Under the pieces are notes generated by a model, which saw only the letters and a program-made list of their open reading frames with translations, was not told where the DNA came from and made no database searches. Shown piece after piece: positions 44,729 through 58,868 of a DNA stretch of 64,000 bases. The translations under genes and the position numbers were made by a program. Source of the DNA: Caecitellus pseudoparvulus (lineage: Eukaryota; Protista; Bigyra: Bicosoecida). Position 1 is the stretch's first letter, and each line of letters starts with the position of its first letter. Location of the stretch: NCBI GenBank assembly GCA_965644315.1, contig CBFFRQ010000079.1, positions 62,001 to 126,000 of the forward strand, given 5' to 3'.

Positions 44729-47700
44729 TCACCAGAGCTCGTCCAGCATGCTGGCTGGGCGAACCACCTTTGACGGGTGCTTCCGGCGCTTGGGCTTCTT
44801 GTCGGGTGCGGGGACGGGCTGGATGAAGACGTCGCCGTCATCGGCTGTGAAGCGGACCTCGTCATCCCCCAGGCCTCCCGCCTCCCCGAATCCCAATGAC
44901 GGCTGCAGCAGCTCCTCAGGCACAGTGGGCAAGGAGGGGCAGGACTCACCGCCGAGTCCGTCGGCCTTCGTGACGGCCTTGGCGAGCCGCCCCCGCATGC
45001 GCTGCATGTGCGCGGCTTTGGACTCCGCGGCCTTGTCGTGTGGTCCCTTGGGCCCAGCTCCCAGTTTGTCCATGACTTTGGCCATGGCCCCAAAGGCAGG
45101 CTTGAGCAGCGCCCCGTACTGCACCAGCTCCATCTGCCCAGACATTGCCCCAAGCTTGTCCACGAGAGAGTGCACACGGTGCCCCACTCGTTGGAACTCG
45201 GCCAGCTCCTTCTCAGCCAGCTCCTGCTTCTCAGCGGCGGAGCTGTTGACTTGTGTCCGGCCAATGCGCCCTTCAGCTTGAGCCTGAGCAAGGGTTGCAG
45301 CAGCTTCCGCCCTCCTGGCCGCTGCCAGCCCGGGGGGCATGCGAGCATCCCGCTCCTTTTGCTTCCATGCCGCATCCACGCTGTGGCCAGCGGAAGCCAC
45401 TTCCGGGTTCAATGCATCCAGCGACTCCTGCTTGGAAGTGCCGAGGACAGACGTCAGGTACGCCGGCAAGGTGCGCTGTCCAGTGCGTTCGTCCAGCCCT
45501 CCGACCACGGCCGCGTCCGTGCTGCCCTTCACGACAGCCCGCACACCCGAGCGCTTGATGACATCTTGCAGCTTTGTCGTGGCACGGTGATCGGTGGTCT
45601 CTGTCGCTGCTTCGTCGTGTCCGCCTCCGGCAAAGCGGCCTGGTCCCTGTTTGGCCGCGGCCTTCACATCTAGCGGCACGCCCCGCATGCGCGTGCTGGG
45701 CAGCAAGTTCCCCTCTGCGTCGATGGTGCCATCACGGGTCGCTGGATCCAGGCCCATGCGCTGCAAGTGCTCGGCCTTGCGCTTGCGGTGCTGGGCCACG
45801 ACTTCCTCCATCACGAAGGATGCCAAGCTCGCTGCGCCCGGCTTGTGTGCCTTGTCATCAGCTGGAGTGGTCAATAAACCCCGTCTCACGGCGGCATCAA
45901 CCTCCTGTGCTTGCGGCGCCAAGTCAGTGTGAGGCACAGTAGGTGCCGTGCCGGGGCGACCGCCAACTGCGTCCAAGGGCAGGTTGGGAATGTGAGTGAG
46001 GCCAGTGCCTGGCCTTGACTGGGGCCGAGACACGCCGCTCAAACCAGTGCCTGGGCGGGAGCCCGCCGTCGGAAGCGCAGAAGGTGCCCCCACTCCCAAC
46101 GCATATGCAGACGGGTGCACGCCTGGGGGGCCAAGTGGCTCGCCGTGTGCGCCAAGGCGTGGGTCCCCGGAGAATGCAAAGCTCTCGCCAGCCTGCCCTG
46201 CCGCAGGCCTCCACAAGCCATCCTCGCCAACAAAGCCAGCCCCCAGCATGGCTGCGGGGCCTGTCGCACCTCCCCCCCACGTCATGTCGTCTGGCACTTC
46301 AGCCATGTTTGCAGCTGGCATGCCAGGGCCGACAGGTGGGAGGCCGACGGGGGCAGCGGCTGCTCCAGGAGGTGGTGGTTGCATGGCAACACTGGGCGGC
46401 ACGGGGGCGGCCATCCCAGTGCCCCCTGCTGCTGCGAACAGCCCTGCGCGTGTCGGAACCCTCCCGTCGTAGCCTCGCATGCCCATGAAGTCCATGTTGG
46501 CAGAAGCCTGTGCCCCCATGGGCATGAAGCCCTGCAGGACAGAGTCCTCCACTTCTTCGTGAGTCATGGGGTGTGGCAGCATGTCTGGCGCGTAGTGCTC
46601 GGCCTCCCCCAGCCCCATGGCTGTACCAGGCCCATACATAGACAGAAAGTGCCTCATCTTCAGGTACTCCACACGCTCCTGACGCTTGCGTTCAGGTGTG
46701 CTGGGGCGTTCCTCCCTTGCCAGGGCAGTGATGTCCCCGTGCATGACGTTCCACGTCCGGCTGTCTTTGAAAGGGAAGTCGTCCGGGTTCCAAGCGTGGC
46801 GTGGCTTGGACCGCTTCAAGTCTGGTTTTCCGGTGTCAGTGTAAAAGTGCACCTTCCACTTTCGTTTTTCTGCGCCGGCGTCCTTGGCCAAGTTCAACTT
46901 GCGGACACCCCAATCAAACTCATTCTGGCGCTCGTGGGCTGCGTTCCGGTCGGCGATCCAGCGCTCGCGCAGGTACTTCTTGAGCCCCAAGGCATCTTTC
47001 AATGCGTCTTCCTGCTCCTGCTTCAGCCGTCGAAGCTTGCGCTGTTCTCGTGCCACTTTGAAGAGTGCCTTGGCTTTGTGCTCCGACACTCCTGCGCGGT
47101 ACTTGTCCTGGTCCACAAGGAGCTGTTTGGCCCAGCCTTGCTGGAGCCCTCGCGGTGAAAGTCGCGTGTACTCGTTTTGCATGTTCACCAAGTCAAATTC
47201 GTTCAGCATGATGGTGTCCACTTCCGTCTCGAAGGCCAACTCCAGCTGTGCGATCTTGTGGTCATAGTTTGCCTTGACCAGGGCTCGAGTCATTCGCTCC
47301 GTGCGGCGCAGCAGGAAGTCCTCTTCAGCAGCTAGGAGAGCTCTTGAGTTAGCACGCAAGTTCGTGCCGCGCTCCCACAGCTTGCGGGTGCGGATGTTCT
47401 TGGCCAGGAAGGAGCGGAAGGCTGTCTGGCAAATGACGGCCGCCTCAGTTTGCTCCTTCAACAGCCGTCTGTACGTGAGGCGCTGCATGTGTCGCCGCAC
47501 GTGCTTTTGGATCAGAGTAGCCTTGTCTTCGAGGTACTGCCTGTCAGCCCGCGCACGGGCGCGCTCCCCTCGCCAGAGGCACTGGATGCGAAGGGCCATC
47601 TTGTGCAGCAGGCGTTGCTTCACCCGGCGCTCCAGCAGGACGGCCCGCACAAAGCGCTGGATTTCCGTTGCAGCTACCTCTCGCTCGTCCATCATGTCCC

Positions 47701-48895
47701 GTAGGAGGATCCGGGCTTGGCGCCCGCGGGCCATGGCTTGCATCATGGCCGCGACGCGGTCGCGCTCACGAATGTAGCGCAAGAACCACCGGCGCGTCAC
47801 AAAGCCCTTCCAGCACTTCTGTATCCTGGTGGCCGACGAATTCGCGCGTAGGAACTTCTTCCAATACAATATGCGCAGGTACTTCCGCACCGCTCGCTGA
47901 ATGACGATGGCGCTGCGCTGCTCCAGGCGCTGCAGCAGCATGAGATCCTCGAGACCGGAGGCTTGCACATTTCTGCGCAATCAAAAAGAAAGCAGGATCA
48001 TGCCTGACACAGCAGTTGCGTGCCGCCAGAAGGGCACGCACGTTTGACGGTTTGATCCGAACTTCTGCCTGACAGCACGGCCTTTTCGGCCACGCAGCTT
48101 CAGCACTGTGCGCAGCTTCTTGTTCTCAGCAACCAAGGCTGAGGAAGCCAACCGCGTCTTCAGCTTCATCGGCTGTTTCGGGGGCGAGGCAGCAAGTGGG
48201 TTTGAGGGCTTTCTCTTCAGATCCTGTGGGTCCACATCCAGTCCTGTGGGGAGAGGTGGCGCACGCTTCCTTGAGACTGCCGCTGGCAGCACAGCCAACA
48301 GCACGTACCTTTCTCGAAGATCTTCTCCAGCTCCCCCAGCCTTTCAATTTCCTCCTGACTCATGAACTTGTTGTATGTGTCAGTGTAGTCCTCTTCCTCT
48401 GCGATTGGGGAAGCCGTGCAGGGTGGCTTCGTGTTTCGTCCGTGGCAGCCCTGCACAACGTACTCTGCTTCACCTTCAGCCCCCCCAGCCGTCCAAAGCG
48501 CTTCTGCGCAGGGAAGGGGGTGGAATGGGTGCCTTCGTCACACCGGGGCAAGGTCTGCAATGGAGCCGTCTTACCTCGTACTCGCGCACAGCCTTCACCT
48601 CTGGCCCAGTTGGGCCAGTATCATCCTCGTGATCCAGAAAGCCAACCATCCACATCGAGTCCAGTTCCGCAGCACCGTCCCCACCAGCATCCCGTGTGAC
48701 ACGAGGAAAACGCATTTTGTCGTAAGGCATGTACGATGGGCGTCCTCCTGAGTCTGCTTCCAAGTGCACGGACCGGAGGACATCCTTCACGTGCTCACCA
48801 CCACCCTTGCGGCGCTGTTTTGCAGGCAGCAAGACAGGGAGCTTGACCGGGTACCCAACCTTCCTACGGGAAGGAGTAGCGCCTGCAGCGGACAT
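44729..48895 (-). CDS. IQ-motif calmodulin-binding coiled-coil protein
   Basis: About 7 IQ motifs (IQRAVRKY, IQKCWKGF, MQAMARG, IQRFVR, IQCLWRG, IQKHVR, CQTAFRSF); four 5' introns join ORFs 48476-48913, 48360-48560, 48217-48456 and 47981-48304 to the main ORF. Confidence 0.8.
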
Positions 48896-49136
48896 GGTGC
48901 CCGCTGCAGGCAAGGAAGCAGTGTCCGTGCGGAGACTGTGTGCTGGCGTTTCAAGTGCGTTGCACCCTTTGACTCAGCGCCAACAACCAACCGTGGCGCA
49001 AACAATGACACCACGGAGACCTCCGTGCAGGATAAAACCAAGCGCAAAACATGCAGATTGTGCCCACGCGCCAGAGAGCATTGTCGCAGGCGATGAATTG
49101 ACTGACGCTTTGAGCTGACTGGCCTACACAGCGTTT

Positions 49137-50992
49137 TCACGAGACGCCTGTTTCAGCTTCAAACACAACAGACTCCAACATGCCCCGGACTTTCGATGTG
49201 ATGAGGGAAGGATTTGGTCTGTTGGAGTCACTACTCAGCGCTTCGTACTTGGACCCGGCCCAGTGAGCGTACGCGCGAAAGTGGGGGCGGTGAAAGTGCG
49301 GCGTCTGCACCTCTAGCACGCGCCCTTCGGGCCTCATGAACAGCAAATGGCTCAACCCGGCACCGTGTGCACCCAACATGACGCAGGCCTCTTGTGCGTG
49401 CTTCACTTGCGTCGACAGCGACATGCGGGAGAAGGTTCCACTCACCACTGTGACCGTGTACCCGGCATGGTGCGCTTCGAACTCCTTCGCCATGCCTTGC
49501 AGGGCTGTGAGGATGTCCTCTTCGTTCTCAATGCGCTGCACGATGGTGCTCTTCTGCCTCGGGTGTGCCAGGTAGTTCTCTCGCCGAACGAAGAGCACTC
49601 GAAGGTGCTTGCCGCTGCAGGCCTTGCCTGGCGGCGGTGACACACCCATGAGCGCCCCGTAGTGCTCTCCGAACTCTCGCACATGCCCACTGGCGCGGCA
49701 TTCCGCCAGAGGCTGGATGCCTGTGCTGATGGCAGCATGATAGCCGTTGGGAACGAGAATTAACTCCCTGAAGCAGACGGCGCCGGGGTCTCCTTCGGGT
49801 AGCAGCTGCTTGACGAAGTCCAACTTGGAGGTCAGGCCCTCCCATGCCTCGTCCACCGGGTCTGCCGAGGGAGTAGAGAGCAGAAATGAGTGAGTGTGAG
49901 GGGGTGTGTGGGCTTGGCGGCAGTGCCCGGCGCGTACTCACTTCGGCAATGTCCATCAGCGAGGATCAGCGGCATGGGCCCCGGCGCCCCCAGGGCCCGG
50001 GCCACCGCGTAAACCGCGTACTGCTCTGTGGAGGCGTGAAACAAGTTCGCATACTCCACCCTTGTGATGAGCAGCGTGGGCTCTTGCACAGTGCGGGCAC
50101 AGCTGCGGCTGTGTGTGCTGCGTAGCTGCCGTGCCAGGTCTCCGTTGGGGCCCAGGATGGCGTCAAGGTGGGGACGCGTGTGTGCCGGCACACCTGTGCC
50201 GCTGGGCGTCTCCGCGTTCACCTCTACCTCCACGGCCCCTGGCATGTACTGGGGCATCTCTTCGGGGTCACTTCGCCCCATGACCTCCGCCAGAGACTCA
50301 TTGCCTCGGGACACGGCCACCCGCGACGGGTACACAGCCACATTGCGCAGCACACAGAAAGCAGATGGGTGGGCTGGGTTTCGGTGGCACACAAATGGGG
50401 CGTTGTCAGCGCCAGCCTGCCCCCCCCCAGAAGCCTTCGGCGCGGCATCCGGCCCCCAGAATGTGAGCTGTGAGTCCCACCCGTTGCCGAAGTATCCCTC
50501 ACAAGTGCTGGGGGCCTTGAGGGTCCAGTCAGCTGGCGCTGACACGGGGGGCCAGGTGTTGCCGACCCAGCTAGGCGGTCGTACGGACAAGCCCTGCCCC
50601 GGCGCCTCTCCACCTGCCCTGCTCAAGGAAGGCAACGGTGTGGGCTGAGAAGGGTGTGGGGCTCGCGCAGTCCACCCAGCGCTGCCGGCGCCAGGAGCTT
50701 CGTCCCAAACGGAGCGCACAGCGGGATCTTGTACAGGTGGCGGTTCTTCCCTTGTCCGGTGCCGCAGGGCCCCGCCCTCCCGCCTTGGGCCAGCAAGTGG
50801 CGTGGGCATGCCACCCTCGATGGGGGCAGTTGCCGTGAGGGTGTGCCACTGTAGCGGAGGGTCTGGGTCTGATGCAAGTAACTTGAACAAATTTGCGCCT
50901 GTCCAGATCAGGCCAGACAGGGCTGCACACGCCAAGAGCGGCCATTTGAGTGGTATCCCTCCTCGTCGCGCCTTGTCGTTGCGTTTCGCCAT
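49137..50992 (-). CDS. GT61 glycosyltransferase, beta-1,2-xylosyltransferase-like type II membrane protein
   Basis: N-terminal TM; CEGYFGNG, TLLITRVEYANLFH, LFVRRENYLAHPR, GAHGAGLSHLLF; one intron GTGAGT..CAG. Confidence 0.88.
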
Positions 50993-51527
50993 GAAACTTT
51001 GGCCACCGATCAGAGCTCAAAAAACGACAAGCAGCTCAGTTCAGCGACTTCAAGACACAGATAAGGCCCGATTTGTGTTGAACCCTAAGGTAGACTGTGG
51101 CTCGCTTCTTGAAAGCCAAGTTTTCGACTTGTGGAGGCAAGGAACTCCGCGCTGCCGTCTCGCCCGACCGCGAGAGGCGCAGTATTCAACACGACGCTCA
51201 GCACATGCAGGTTTTGGAACTGAAAGATGTGCCTCCTCAGCGGCACGCCAGGTGGTGGGAGTGGAGGGAGTTGTATTGGCAGGCGCAATGCATTCAGCTT
51301 GCTCTTTTCTGTGATCGCGAAAGTTTTGGGGGCGGAAGAGGCGCCCAAGCACTGAAGTTCGCTTCCATCTGTTGTCTTCACTCGTCGGTCCTTCTGCAAG
51401 TTCCAAATGACAAAACAATTCAATCCAACAACGAGTACGACCAATTCGAAGGCCATGCAGCAACAGAGCCAACGGACAAGCTGCGAAGTAGCTTCGTTCA
51501 AGGGGTCTTGGTGCGGGCATTCAAATC

Positions 51528-54500
51528 ATGGCAGGCAAGCTGGAGAAAGTGCTCGAGGCCTTGAAGGTGGCCCGGGCCAGCGCCTTGCCACACGAACTTC
51601 CCCTAGCGGATTCATTGCTGCCATATCAAAGAAGTGGTGTGGAGTGGCTTGTGCAAGGGCTGTCGGCGGGACAGGGCTGCATTCTGGCTGACGAAATGGG
51701 CCTCGGTGAGAGCTACAAAGGCACCGATTTCCGCAGCTGCAAGCACACACTTCTGCCGCGCGTGGTGGCCACAGGGAAGACCATTCAAAGTATTGCTTCG
51801 CTGCTTTACCTCCAAGACCACGCAGCTGATCCGGCACCTGCACTGGTTGTCACTCCCACTTCTGTCCTTCCTGGTTTTGCTGAGGAGGTTGAGCGCTGGT
51901 CTGAGGGAAAGGTCGCTTCTCTTGTGGTGAGCGGCTGCACGCGCTTGCGCACTGGCTTCCAGGCTGATCAGCCGTCTCCCCTCCGCGCACTTCACAGTAT
52001 GCGGGTGACGCCTCGGCGCGGCAGAGCTTGCGGGCTTCAGTGAATGCAGCCCGCAGTGCGGTGCTGGGTGGGGCTTCTGCGCCCCTGCCTTTCCGCGTGC
52101 TCCTCACATCCTACGAGCTGTTGCTGCGAGATATGGACTTCTTGACAACCTTTTCCTTCGATTTGGCCATCTTCGACGAAGCACACCGCCTGAAAAACCC
52201 CCAGTCGCAGCTGTACCAGGCTGTGATGGGGACACTGCATACTCAGCGCCGGCTGCTGCTGACCGGCACACCAGTGCAGAATTCTGAAGAAGAAATGGCT
52301 GCCTTGCTCTCCATTGCACTGCCAGATGCATTCAGTCCAGGTGCAGGTGCCATTGAGGAATTCTGCGCTTCGCCAGGGGCGTCCGCCGCTCTGACAGCGG
52401 CCCTGCCGCACACCGTGCTGCGGCGCATGCAGGCAGACGTGGCCATGACGCTGCCACCCCTGACGCAGGTTCTGCTGCCCTGCCCGCTCACGCCCCTGCA
52501 GCGGGCCCTGTACCTCAGCGTCCTGCACCGCAACATCAGGTCCTTGGTGCCCGAGGCGTCAGGGGGCGCGCCTGCCCACATTGGCCTGGCAAACGTCCTC
52601 ACCCTCTTGCAAACTGTGTGCAACCACCCATACTTGCTGGACGGCGTGGAGCCAGAGCCGTTCGAGGAGGGTGCCCACTTGGTGCACGCCTCTGCCAAGC
52701 TGGACATGCTGGACCGCCTGCTGGCGAGGCTGCTCCCCGCAGGGCACAAGGTGCTGGTGTTCAGCCACTTCACCCGGACGCTGGACGTCCTGCAGGATTT
52801 CTGCGCCCTGCGAGGCATCTCCTACGAGCGCTTGGACGGCAGTGTGCGGGGGGAGGAGCGCTGGATGGCCATCCAGCGCTTTCAGGGAAAGGGGGCCCGG
52901 GCGGCAGGCCCCTCCCTCTTCTTGCTGTCCACCCGGGCAGGCGGGCAGGGCGTCACTCTGACGCAGGCAGACACTGTCGTGCTGTTTGACTCGGGCATGA
53001 ACCCGCAGTGGGACGAGCAGGCCATCAAGCGGGCCCACAGGTACGGCCAGACGAAGCCTGTGCTGGTCTTGCGGCTGCTGTGCTCTGGCACGGCGGAAGA
53101 GGTCATTCTTGCACGGGGCGTGAAGAAGCTGCGCATGGCAGCGACAGTGCTGCAGGGGGCGGCGTCCACTGGGCGTGCGGCGGAGTCCGAGGGGGGGGTG
53201 GAGGAGGCGCCACCCTCCCGGGGCGACCTGCTCTCCGCCATCCACTGTGGCGCGCAGACGCTGCTGGGCACACAGGCAGCCTCGCCGCCTGTCCCCCCAG
53301 AGGAACTGCCGCTGGACATGCGCAAGCCCACTGCGTCATCCCTGCACACGTCAGAGGAAGCTCTGGCGGGTGTGCTTGGGAAGCGGGGCGGTGCATCAGA
53401 GGGCAGCGAAGGTGCGCAGGCAGGGGCCGATGGCGCCGCCCCCACAGACCACGTGTACTACTTTGACGGACGCGACGTGTCTGAGACAGCCAAGGCTGCT
53501 GCCAGTGCGGCTGACGAGCAGGCCTTCACCTCGTGGGCCACTGAGCAGCTGGCCAGCGGGAGCGCTGCCGTGTCTCGGCAACGCACCACGACAAACTCAC
53601 AGCACCAAGGGGGTGTCACAGAGGAGGATATCGAGGCAGCTGAGGAGGCAGCAGCAGCAGCCGCTGCCCAGCGCCGGTGGGCCAGGTGGCAAGCCACCCT
53701 GCGGCGCTGGGACAAGACAGGCTATGAGTCGGCAGCGCTGCGCAAGGAGCGCCCTGTGCCCCCCTCTGCCTCACCAGGGGAAGGCGGGGACGCAGAGGAG
53801 GGCAGCGAGCAGTTTCCAGATCCCGAAGAGTGGCCCAGCGTTCCATCTTTCACCTTCACGTCAGGCAATGTGGCACGCCCAGACTTGTCCACGGCGGAGG
53901 GGGACCCGCCCTCCCACGCAACGGACATCATCTTACACTGCGTCGACGCGTCGGGCAGGTGGTGCAAAGGGGGTGTTTTTTCTGCGCTTGGCAGTCGGTG
54001 TGCGGACCTGGCCCCCGCGTACGCTGCAGCGGCCCGGGCGGGCGATCTCAAGGTGGGCGACGCCCACCTCCTGCCATACACGCCAGCCCAGGCCCCAGCC
54101 GGCGAGCCTGCGCAGGCAGTTGCGCTGCTAGTGTGCGTGCAGAGGAAGCGGGGGCGGCAGGGCGATGCCGGCTCCGTGCAACTGAGCCTGCCCGCCCTGG
54201 ACAGTGCCCTGGAGAAACTGAGCGCCGCCATCCGCACAACGGGGGCTGAGCCGGGCAGTATTCGAGTGCACACGGCACGGATTGGCTCCCGCATGCGGGG
54301 CACGTCGTACTACGCCGTGGAGCGCTACCTGCGCAAGCACCTGTTGGCCAAGGGCATCCCAACAACTGTGTACTATTTCTCCCGCCGCTCCGCTCGGGGA
54401 GGGGGAGACGGCACGTACGCTGACGCGTTTGCCGCAGCAGACGCGGCAGGTCGGCGCCTGCGAGGGCTCATGCAGGCACCCCCGCCCTCGAAACACCGCA

Positions 54501-55036
54501 GACTGTCCCCCCAAGCACAGGTGCCAGCGGGTTCGGAGGAGGAGGAGGAGGACCCCACCCCCGGGCCCAGCCCACGTGACGCAGGGGTGGCAGGGGCACC
54601 GGTGCAGGGTGCTGCTTCCCCGCCAGTTGCGGTGCCGGAGGCTGACTTGGCAACCAGACGCCAGGGTGCCCAAGGCCAGGCCAGCCCAGGGGGCGCCGCC
54701 GCGGCAACAGGTGCGGGCTTGAGCAGTGCCTGGGGCATGCCTGCCAAGCCCCAGGCGGAATTCTCCCAGAGCGACGTGGAGTGGTGGGTGTGGGAAGCTG
54801 CTCGGGAGGGTGCCCAGGCCGTCTTTCCTCGCTTCCCCGACAACATCAGCCACGTCTGGGCGCAGGCGTCAGGGCCGCCCTCCCAGCAACGCGAGGTGTT
54901 TCAAGCCATGTCGGAGATGCGGGAGGCGGCAGCGGCGGCAGCCGCCAGCGGCCAGTCAACGCGGGCGCGTGTGTTTGCACTGTTCCACCGCATCATGCGC
55001 CATGTCCTCGCTTTGCGGGGCGCAGCCAAGCCGTAG
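51528..55036 (+). CDS. CHD1L: ALC1/CHD1L SNF2 chromatin remodeller with macrodomain
   Basis: ILADEMGLGKT, DEAHRLKN, LLLTGTPVQN, CNHPYL..GVEPEPFEEGAHLV, RLDGSVRGEER, and macro IILHCVDASGRW.KGGVFSAL; two introns. Confidence 0.93.
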
Positions 55037-55163
55037 TAGGGGGGGCAGCGGCGGCCGAGGCACTGTGCACCGACAGTCACAATCCATTTCCAAAGAGAGT
55101 CCTGGCTTTGCCCAGGACCAGAAGCCACACACCGCCCAGGAGTTTCACCGTTCAAAAGTGGGG

Positions 55164-58100
55164 ATGGCCCTCGCTGGCGGCGCGGAGAGCGCCTTGGAAG
55201 ACTCTGTGTTGGGGGCGCTGCATGCGGCGCTTGCGGTGCGTTGCGAGAGAGCATGAGCGTCGCCCCCGCCCGCTGCAAAGCACCTCGCTGCGCTGCACAG
55301 AGTGCCACTGATGTAGCTGACCTGCAGCAGCTCCTTCCCCAGCTCCAGGCTGCCGAGGCATCCGTGAGCGCTGCGCTGCAGGACATGGCGGAGGGGCGGG
55401 AAGGCTCAGCGCCTTTTGCTCCTGCTGCCTCCGCTGCGCCTAGCCCATGCCAGGAACAGGCCAAGGCCCACGGCAAGCGGGTCATCATCCCCGCGCTTCA
55501 GGTGTCCGAGGACCTGCTGCCACCCACACAGCAGCGGGCGGCGGCTCTTCGAGGGCAAGCACGGGGACTTGCAAAGCTGCTGCCCGGATTGCATGCCTCG
55601 CAGCGACTGGCCAGAGAACTCAGGGAGTCCATCGGACAGGTGCAAGAGGAGTCGCAGCCTGTGGTCCACCGCATAAAGCAGCTGCACAAGCAGCAAGTTG
55701 CGGCAGAGGACACTCTGGAGCGCGTGCAGGACCTCGCCGATCTCCGTGCTGGCCTCGCGGAATTAGAGGCTGCCATGCGGCAGGGCCAGACACAGTCTGC
55801 TGCTGTCTCAATCAAGCAGCTGCGTGCGCTGCAGCAGCGGCTTCCCATGCACAGCTCTGATTTGTGCGTGCCACGTGTGCGGAAGTGCCTACAGCGGGGC
55901 TCTTCACCTCCTGCGCCCCTCTCCGCAGGCAAACCATCGCTGGCGCTGAAGCTCAGGTGCTGGAGACAGTGCAGCGCCAATTCGACGATGCCGTCGCTGC
56001 CGGCCGCGCCGGCGAAGTCAAGCGCCTGTACCAGCTCATGAGCATGCTGGGTGGCTCTTCGCGCTGCATGGCAGCGTACGCGCAGTACACCTGCGCGACT
56101 GTGACACGTGACATGTTGGAGGCCGTCTGTGCCGCAGATGACGCCGCAGTGCAGGTGACTGTCCAGCACTGCATGGCAACCATGGCCGCCGCAGTGGGGC
56201 AGGAAGGCCAGCCCTCTGCCCCTGCCGCCCCTGAAGTGGAGACTGCGCTGCGCACCGCTCTGCACCGCAGCGTTCAGGCAGGCATTGCCGCAGAGTCACA
56301 GGACGCCACGGCAGTCTGGATCGAGCCTGTTTCCGGCCAAGTGCAGTTCGTCAACGCCATCGCCCTCGTCTTCAGCCACGCTGTTCGGCATCTGCACGCG
56401 GCGCTGGACCTGGCCAAGGCTGACTTGGAGGTGTCTGGCGACCCTGCGTACGCCCGGCGCTTGTTGGCGGCCCAGCCCCACGGGCGGTGGGACCCGAGCG
56501 CCGTGCTGGTGCCGCCTGACGTGGACCCCAGCACCCCCGCCCTGCAGATCATGCTGGCAGTGCACTTGCCCGCACAGCTCGTCGTGGCGGCCATCCTGCG
56601 CATGCTGCTCTCTGGTCGCGGCGCGGTGGGCGTGTACACGGCCCGACTGCTGGAGATGGGCACGCCACTGGGCGCCATCGCCCCCCAAGTGACGCAGCTG
56701 CTTGGCCCCTCCCACCCCTCCACTGATGCCTTACGCCAGGAAGTGCAGGCTGCGGGGCAGGCCAGCACTGGTGCAGCAGCCTGGTCCGGCGCCCTGCGCG
56801 GCACGCCACACACGCCCTCGGGCAGGACAGAGGATTCGGTGGAGGCGGTGCTGGACGAGATGGCGCTCGTGCTGCAGAAGTGCACCAGCTACTTCCGCAC
56901 CCTGTCCCAAGAGGCCCACGCTGCAGACCAAGCTGCAGAGGCCGCCGTCTCAAGCGTCGTGGCCAGTGCGGGTTTGCCCAGCGCCACGCTGCGCCGAAGC
57001 GCGTCGGCAGCCAGACAAGCACGCCAAGCGGGAGACCTTCTGGGTGCTTGCGGCGAAGTTGCCGTCGTGTTCACTGTCGTGCAAGGTGGCGTCATCAGCA
57101 GGGGCGTGTCCAAGGTAACCAGAGCATCACGCTGCCCCCCCCGCACCCTGCACCGCCACAACGCACCTTGCCTCCCACGCGCTCGACGCAGGCTTCCTTC
57201 CTGGAGGACATTGTGGAGTTCCCACCCATCTTCAGCACCCTCATGGACGACTGCTTCTACGTCTTGCAGCGCGTCGGCGCCCGTGTCGTGGCAACTGGCA
57301 ACGCCGATGCGGTGTGTGCCTTCCTGCACGCGGTCACGGCACAGCTGACGCGCGGGGAGGAAGAAGCCACGCCTGCGCTGCTCATGTACCCGAGTGTTCG
57401 AGCTGCGTGCCTTGGCGACGCAGAGGGCGGCAGTGCCGCTGCCTCAGACACCTGGGGCAGCACAGCTGCAACACTGCTGGGCGAGCCGGAGACCGTGCCA
57501 GACCACAGCATCGGCGCTGTGCTGCGTGGGAAGCTGCAGCAGGACATCACGGCGGCAAGCAAGCCGCCCGGCGCCCCTCTTGACCAAGTGCTCCCGCTGG
57601 TGACGTCCCTGGCCGTCAAGCGTGAGGTCCGGCAGGCAGTGGCGGGAGACGGCCCTGCTGCCGCAGCCGCCTCCTCAGCGGTCAAACTGCACATGCGCTC
57701 GCCAGGCATGCGCTCACCCGGCACGCCACGGGCGTCTGGCAGGGGAGGCTCGTCAGCTGCCACACCCCGCGCGCCCACAACGCCCAAGCGCGGCGGCGCT
57801 GCAGGTCCACCCGGCGTGGTGTTTGCGACACCGACGCGCGGCGGCGGCGGTGGCGGTGGGGCTGCAGAGGGTTTGGCAGGGAGCCATCCCGCTGTAGCCA
57901 TTGCCGCGGCTGCTGGCCTGAACACCCTGCAGCAGGCTCTCGAGCTGTGTGACAGCTTCGTGCGCGATTTGGCGGCGGAGCTGGGCAGTGTCTTCATGGA
58001 TGTCGCCCAGCCTGCAGCGGCGTCCGCGCCGCCAGATGCCGTGGCAGAGGGGCACAAGGTGGCGGCAGCGCTGTCCGAGCTGCAAGAGGCCCAGGGCGAG

Positions 58101-58724
58101 GTGCGCGCCTTGCGAGACGTGGGCGTGACGCGCCTGTTCAAGGGCCTCTCCCCCCGCCTGCGAGGCGCCATGACTGTGATGGAGGGCAAGCACGCCATCC
58201 TGCGGTACGACGGCCAGGCGCCCAGCACCATCCCTGCCGGCTACGACGTCTTCGGTGCCGAGTTTCTGGGGGTGCTGGACGGCATCCTGGCGCCGTATGT
58301 GGAGCTGCTGGCGCCCGCCGTCGCCACCCTCCTGCTCACACGGGCTGCCAAGTACACCTGCCGCCTCGCCTCAAGCCACCTGCGGAAGAAGGCCTTCACC
58401 CTGCAGGGTGCTCTGGCGCTGGACCGGCACGTGCGCGCCCTGGGCTCGTTCTTCGAGGAGCGGGGGGTCTGGACAGCGGGCGAGTTGGTGGAGGGGGTGG
58501 AGGTGCAGGCTGCCATGCTGCTGGCAGACACTCCAGCTGCCGCGGTGGACGTCTGGCAGCGCCGGCTGCGCAGTGCGCTGCGGCAGGGCGGGTCTTCGGC
58601 GTCGCATGCTGGGTGGGTGGAGGAGGGCCTGGCGTTTCCTCGGGCCATCTTGGCTCTGCGCGTGGAGTGGGGGGCGGAGGCCGTCGAGGAGGCCCTGCAG
58701 GGGGCGACTGTGCCAGTTGCGTAG
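55164..58724 (+). CDS. COG4: Conserved oligomeric Golgi complex subunit 4
   Basis: STLMDDCFYVLQRV..R...TGN.DAVCA and KKAFTLQGALALDRHVRAL resemble COG4 motifs; N-terminal coiled coil; three introns. Confidence 0.8.
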
Positions 58725-58868
58725 AGTGGGTGGGGGCCCCTCGAGGCAATTCACACTCACCTCGCTGTCGTCTCGAGCCCCCCCAGTCTGCCTCCCACGG
58801 CCCTGCTGCTGCTCTGCACCAGCACTTGCATCTGCACGGTGCCCAGCTCAGAAGCACAGTGTCTCAGG

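Noticed and set aside
51097-51564. 155-aa ORF in the divergent GT61/CHD1L spacer
   Set aside because: GTG start, lower GC, no recognisable motif; probably promoter DNA, although it contains an AATGCATT, so a small transcript is not excluded
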